IMG/VR virus record: IMGVR_UViG_2778261454_000013
Strand: one strand, 5' to 3'
DNA length: 10,026 nucleotides
Origin: a virus
Taxonomy: Duplodnaviria > Heunggongvirae > Uroviricota > Caudoviricetes
Positions 6,893 through 10,026 of this stretch are shown here, piece by piece. Positions within the stretch are counted from its first letter, which is position 1; each line of letters opens with the position of its first letter. Both the position numbers and the translations under genes were made by a program. The notes beneath the pieces are model-generated. The model saw only the letters and a program-made list of their open reading frames with translations, did no database searches and had not been told where the DNA came from.

Positions 6893-7065
6893 TACTTACT
6901 GCACAATAATACACAAAATTGCGTAAATTTTTTGCATGGATTTTAGCTCTTTCAGCCGAAATTTAAGGGGTAAATAGCATTTCCTAAAAGCAACTGCACC
7001 AACCCAACAGAATGGGCTACCGCTTACGTTGAGAGCAAAAAAGTGTATAGCAGCAATGAACAGCA

Positions 7066-7094
7066 TCCTCGCACTGACGAGGATTTCTTTTATC
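7066..7094 (+). terminator. Hairpin with T-tract near the right edge of the cargo segment
   Basis: TCCTCG-CACTGA-CGAGGA followed by TTTCTTTTAT. Confidence 0.3.
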
Positions 7095-7134
7095 TGAACT
7101 CGCTACGGCGGGTTTTGTTTTATGGAGATGATAA

Positions 7135-7302
7135 ATGCACTTCCGAGTCACAGGTGAATGGAATGGAGAACCATTCAACAGAGTTATCGAAGCCGAGAAC
7201 ATCAGCGACTGCTATGACCACTGGATGCTGTGGGCGCAGATAGCACATGCAGACGTAACCAATATTCGAATTGAAGAACTGAAAGAACACCAAGCCGCCT
7301 GA
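7135..7302 (+). CDS. Small pL-operon ORF upstream of xis (lambda orf55-like), 55 aa
   Basis: GGAGA Shine-Dalgarno 6 nt upstream of the ATG; translation MHFRVTGEWNGEPFNRVIEAENISDCYDHWMLWAQIAHADVTNIRIEELKEHQAA. The 40-bp gap to xis matches the lambda layout as I recall it. Confidence 0.5.
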   Translation: MHFRVTGEWNGEPFNRVIEAENISDCYDHWMLWAQIAHADVTNIRIEELKEHQAA

Positions 7303-7317
7303 TGGCGGTTTTTTCTT
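7294..7317 (+). terminator. Intrinsic terminator-like hairpin between orf55 and xis
   Basis: GCCGCC-TGAT-GGCGG followed by TTTTTTCTT. The orf55 stop codon lies in the loop. Confidence 0.45.
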
Positions 7318-7360
7318 GCGTGTAATTGCGGAGACTTTGCGATGTACTTGACACTTCAGG
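7316..7360 (+). promoter_or_regulatory. pI-like, CII-activated int promoter region
   Basis: TTGC-N6-TTGC direct repeat (7316..7319 and 7326..7329) just upstream of and overlapping the xis start, as in lambda pI. Confidence 0.5.
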
Positions 7361-7560
7361 AGTGGAACGCACGCCAGCGACGCCCAAGAAGCCTTGAAAC
7401 AGTTCGTCGATGGGTACGCGAGTGCAGGATATTCCCTCCTCCGGTTAAGGATGGAAGAGAGTATCTGTTCCACGAATCAGCGGTAAAGGTTGACTTAAAT
7501 CGACCAGTAACAGGTAGCCTTTTGAAGAGGATCAGAAATGGGAAGAAGGCGAAGTCATGA
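7342..7560 (+). CDS. xis: Excisionase Xis, 72 aa
   Basis: Translation MYLTLQEWNARQRRPRSLETVRRWVRECRIFPPPVKDGREYLFHES... appears identical to lambda Xis. Overlaps int by 23 nt. Confidence 0.95.
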   Translation: MYLTLQEWNARQRRPRSLETVRRWVRECRIFPPPVKDGREYLFHESAVKVDLNRPVTGSLLKRIRNGKKAKS

Positions 7561-8608
7561 GCGCCGGGATTTACCCCCTAACCTTTATATAAGAAACAAT
7601 GGATATTACTGCTACAGGGACCCAAGGACGGGTAAAGAGTTTGGATTAGGCAGAGACAGGCGAATCGCAATCACTGAAGCCATACAGGCCAACATTGAGT
7701 TATTTTCAGGACACAAACACAAGCCTCTGACAGCGAGAATCAACAGTGATAATTCCGTTACGTTACATTCATGGCTTGATCGCTACGAAAAAATCCTGGC
7801 CAGCAGAGGAATCAAGCAGAAGACACTCATAAATTACATGAGCAAAATTAAAGCAATAAGGAGGGGTCTGCCTGATGCTCCACTTGAAGACATCACCACA
7901 AAAGAAATTGCGGCAATGCTCAATGGATACATAGACGAGGGCAAGGCGGCGTCAGCCAAGTTAATCAGATCAACACTGAGCGATGCATTCCGAGAGGCAA
8001 TAGCTGAAGGCCATATAACAACAAACCCTGTCGCTGCCACTCGCGCAGCAAAATCAGAGGTAAGGAGATCAAGACTTACGGCTGACGAATACCTGAAAAT
8101 TTATCAAGCAGCAGAATCATCACCATGTTGGCTCAGACTTGCAATGGAACTGGCTGTTGTTACCGGGCAACGAGTTGGTGATTTATGCGAAATGAAGTGG
8201 TCTGATATCGTAGATGGATATCTTTATGTCGAGCAAAGCAAAACAGGCGTAAAAATTGCCATCCCAACAGCATTGCATGTTGATGCTCTCGGAATATCAA
8301 TGAAGGAAACACTTGATAAATGCAAAGAGATTCTTGGCGGAGAAACCATAATTGCATCTACTCGTCGCGAACCGCTTTCATCCGGCACAGTATCAAGGTA
8401 TTTTATGCGCGCACGAAAAGCATCAGGTCTTTCCTTCGAAGGGGATCCGCCTACCTTTCACGAGTTGCGCAGTTTGTCTGCAAGACTCTATGAGAAGCAG
8501 ATAAGCGATAAGTTTGCTCAACATCTTCTCGGGCATAAGTCGGACACCATGGCATCACAGTATCGTGATGACAGAGGCAGGGAGTGGGACAAAATTGAAA
8601 TCAAATAA
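7538..8608 (+). CDS. int: Tyrosine integrase Int (lambda Int), 356 aa
   Basis: Translation MGRRRSHERRDLPPNLYIRNNGYYCYRDPRTGKEFGLGRDRRIAITEA... with C-terminal catalytic region ...HELRSLSARLYEKQ...LLGHKSDTMASQYRDD. Full length. Confidence 0.97.
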   Translation: MGRRRSHERRDLPPNLYIRNNGYYCYRDPRTGKEFGLGRDRRIAITEAIQANIELFSGHKHKPLTARINSDNSVTLHSWLDRYEKILASRGIKQKTLINYMSKIKAIRRGLPDAPLEDITTKEIAAMLNGYIDEGKAASAKLIRSTLSDAFREAIAEGHITTNPVAATRAAKSEVRRSRLTADEYLKIYQAAESSPCWLRLAMELAVVTGQRVGDLCEMKWSDIVDGYLYVEQSKTGVKIAIPTALHVDALGISMKETLDKCKEILGGETIIASTRREPLSSGTVSRYFMRARKASGLSFEGDPPTFHELRSLSARLYEKQISDKFAQHLLGHKSDTMASQYRDDRGREWDKIEIK

Positions 8609-8712
8609 TGATTTTATTTTGACTGATAGTGACCTGTTCGTTGCAACAAATTGATAAGCAATGCTTTTTTATAATGCCAACTTAGTATAAAAAAGCAGGC
8701 TTCAACGGATTC
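8609..8712. other. attL: attL recombination site: phage P' arm, 15-bp core, bacterial B arm
   Basis: Core TTAGTATAAAAAAGC at 8682..8696 is the reverse complement of the lambda core GCTTTTTTATACTAA. P' arm carries arm-type Int sites (AGGTCACTAT on the opposite strand) and an IHF-like TTGATAAGCA element. Beyond the core is GCAGGCTTCAACGGATTCAT. Confidence 0.85.
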
Positions 8713-8742
8713 ATTTTTCTATTTCATAGCCCGGAGCAACCT

Positions 8743-10026
8743 GTGAACACATTTTCAGTTTCCCGTCTGGCGCTGGCATTGGCTTTTGGCGTGACGCTGA
8801 CCGCCTGTAGCTCAACCCCGCCCGATCAACGTCCTTCTGATCAAACCGCGCCTGGTACCTCTTCTCGCCCGATTCTGTCGGCAAAAGAAGCGCAGAATTT
8901 CGATGCTCAACACTATTTTGCATCCCTGACACCAGGTGCTGCAGCGTGGAATCCTTCCCCGATTACCCTGCCTGCGCAACCTGAATTTGTTGTCGGCCCG
9001 GCGGGCACTCAAGGTGTAACGCATACCACGATTCAGGCGGCGGTAGATGCGGCAATTATCAAGCGTACCAACAAGCGCCAGTATATTGCCGTGATGCCTG
9101 GTGAGTATCAGGGAACGGTATATGTCCCTGCCGCTCCGGGTGGAATTACTCTGTACGGTACAGGTGAAAAACCGATTGATGTGAAGATTGGGCTTTCCCT
9201 TGATGGTGGCATGAGCCCTGCCGACTGGCGTCACGACGTCAACCCGCGCGGCAAATATATGCCAGGTAAACCAGCGTGGTATATGTACGATAGCTGCCAG
9301 AGCAAACGCAGCGACAGTATCGGTGTTCTCTGCTCTGCGGTCTTCTGGTCACAAAACAATGGCCTGCAACTGCAAAATCTGACCATCGAAAACACGCTGG
9401 GCGATAGCGTAGATGCAGGTAACCATCCGGCGGTGGCACTGCGTACTGATGGTGACCAGGTACAGATTAACAACGTTAACATTCTCGGTCGTCAGAACAC
9501 CTTCTTTGTCACCAACAGCGGTGTGCAGAACCGTCTGGAAACGAATCGTCAGCCGCGTACGCTGGTGACCAACAGCTACATTGAAGGGGATGTGGATATC
9601 GTTTCTGGTCGCGGCGCAGTGGTGTTCGATAACACCGAATTCCGCGTGGTGAACTCACGTACTCAGCAAGAAGCGTATGTGTTTGCACCGGCTACGCTGT
9701 CCAACATTTACTACGGTTTCCTCGCCGTAAACAGCCGTTTCAATGCTTTCGGTGATGGTGTGGCGCAACTGGGCCGCTCGCTGGATGTTGATGCCAATAC
9801 CAACGGTCAGGTGGTGATCCGTGATAGCGCCATCAACGAAGGTTTTAACACGGCTAAACCGTGGGCCGATGCGGTGATCTCTAATCGTCCGTTTGCGGGT
9901 AATACCGGCAGCGTAGATGATAACGACGAAATACAGCGCAATCTGAATGACACTAACTACAACCGCATGTGGGAATACAATAACCGCGGCGTGGGTAGTA
10001 AAGTGGTTGCAGAGGCGAAGAAGTAA
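8743..10026 (+). CDS. ybhC: Host outer-membrane lipoprotein YbhC (pectinesterase-fold acyl-CoA thioesterase family), 427 aa, complete
   Basis: GTG start with GGAG upstream. Lipoprotein signal MNTFSVSRLALALAFGVTLTAC. Full-length ORF ending at the window edge with TAA. ybhC is the chromosomal gene flanking the lambda attachment site. Confidence 0.95.
   Translation: MNTFSVSRLALALAFGVTLTACSSTPPDQRPSDQTAPGTSSRPILSAKEAQNFDAQHYFASLTPGAAAWNPSPITLPAQPEFVVGPAGTQGVTHTTIQAAVDAAIIKRTNKRQYIAVMPGEYQGTVYVPAAPGGITLYGTGEKPIDVKIGLSLDGGMSPADWRHDVNPRGKYMPGKPAWYMYDSCQSKRSDSIGVLCSAVFWSQNNGLQLQNLTIENTLGDSVDAGNHPAVALRTDGDQVQINNVNILGRQNTFFVTNSGVQNRLETNRQPRTLVTNSYIEGDVDIVSGRGAVVFDNTEFRVVNSRTQQEAYVFAPATLSNIYYGFLAVNSRFNAFGDGVAQLGRSLDVDANTNGQVVIRDSAINEGFNTAKPWADAVISNRPFAGNTGSVDDNDEIQRNLNDTNYNRMWEYNNRGVGSKVVAEAKK

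Larger units (their letters stand above)
1..8696. mobile_element. Degraded (cryptic) lambdoid prophage, attL end; continues beyond the window on the low-coordinate side
   Basis: Contiguous phage modules (lysis cassette, Q, phage porin, pL-operon accessory ORFs, xis, int) ending in a lambda-type att core next to ybhC. No repressor, replication or recombination genes between Q and the pL remnant. Confidence 0.85.

Noticed and set aside
6711-6914. Minus-strand ORF overlapping the 5' end of the membrane-protein gene in another frame
   Set aside because: Fully overlapped by the longer hydrophobic ORF; treated as an alternative-frame artefact.
7017-7473. ORFs 7017..7202 (-), 7043..7243 (+), 7120..7473 (-) and 7202..7387 (-)
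   Set aside because: Overlap or lie antisense to orf55 and xis; 7043..7243 is out of frame with the Shine-Dalgarno-supported 55-aa ORF.
7834-8357. Minus-strand ORFs inside int (7834..8040, 8160..8357)
   Set aside because: Antisense to lambda int.
1-8696. Intact inducible lambda prophage
   Set aside because: Only int, xis and a few pL-operon ORFs are lambda-like. cI, cro, N, O, P and exo/bet/gam are not in the window between Q and the pL remnant where they would have to lie.
8711-9482. Minus-strand ORFs inside ybhC (8711..8932, 8812..9234, 9231..9482, 9239..9439)
   Set aside because: Antisense to the complete ybhC CDS; Arg-rich shadow frames of a GC-rich gene.
1-10026. CRISPR arrays, tRNA or rRNA genes, insertion sequences
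   Set aside because: No regularly spaced direct repeats, no cloverleaf-like tRNA candidates and no transposase-like ORF with terminal inverted repeats were seen. The only recombination site recognised is the lambda att core at 8682..8696.

Overview
This window is the attL end of a degraded lambdoid prophage sitting at the E. coli lambda attachment site, followed by the host gene ybhC (8743..10026). Reading toward higher coordinates: a YbcV-like DUF1398 gene, a KilA-N protein, a phage-21/DLP12-type lysis cassette on the minus strand (pinholin, SAR endolysin, Rz with embedded Rz1), an intact NmpC/Lc-type porin on the plus strand with a structured IpeX-like 3' UTR, a Q antiterminator, then a lambda pL-operon remnant (small ORFs, a TraR/DksA-like zinc finger, orf55-like, xis, int) and attL. 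No repressor, replication or recombination genes lie between Q and the pL remnant, so the element looks cryptic. The most interesting feature is an AT-rich ~0.9 kb cargo segment (about 6180..7060) where lambda carries ea22/ea8.5: it encodes, in antisense orientation, an unrecognised 200-aa three-helix membrane protein with its own promoter-like region and terminator hairpin. All homology calls are from reading the translations and from memory of the named families; no database search was run.
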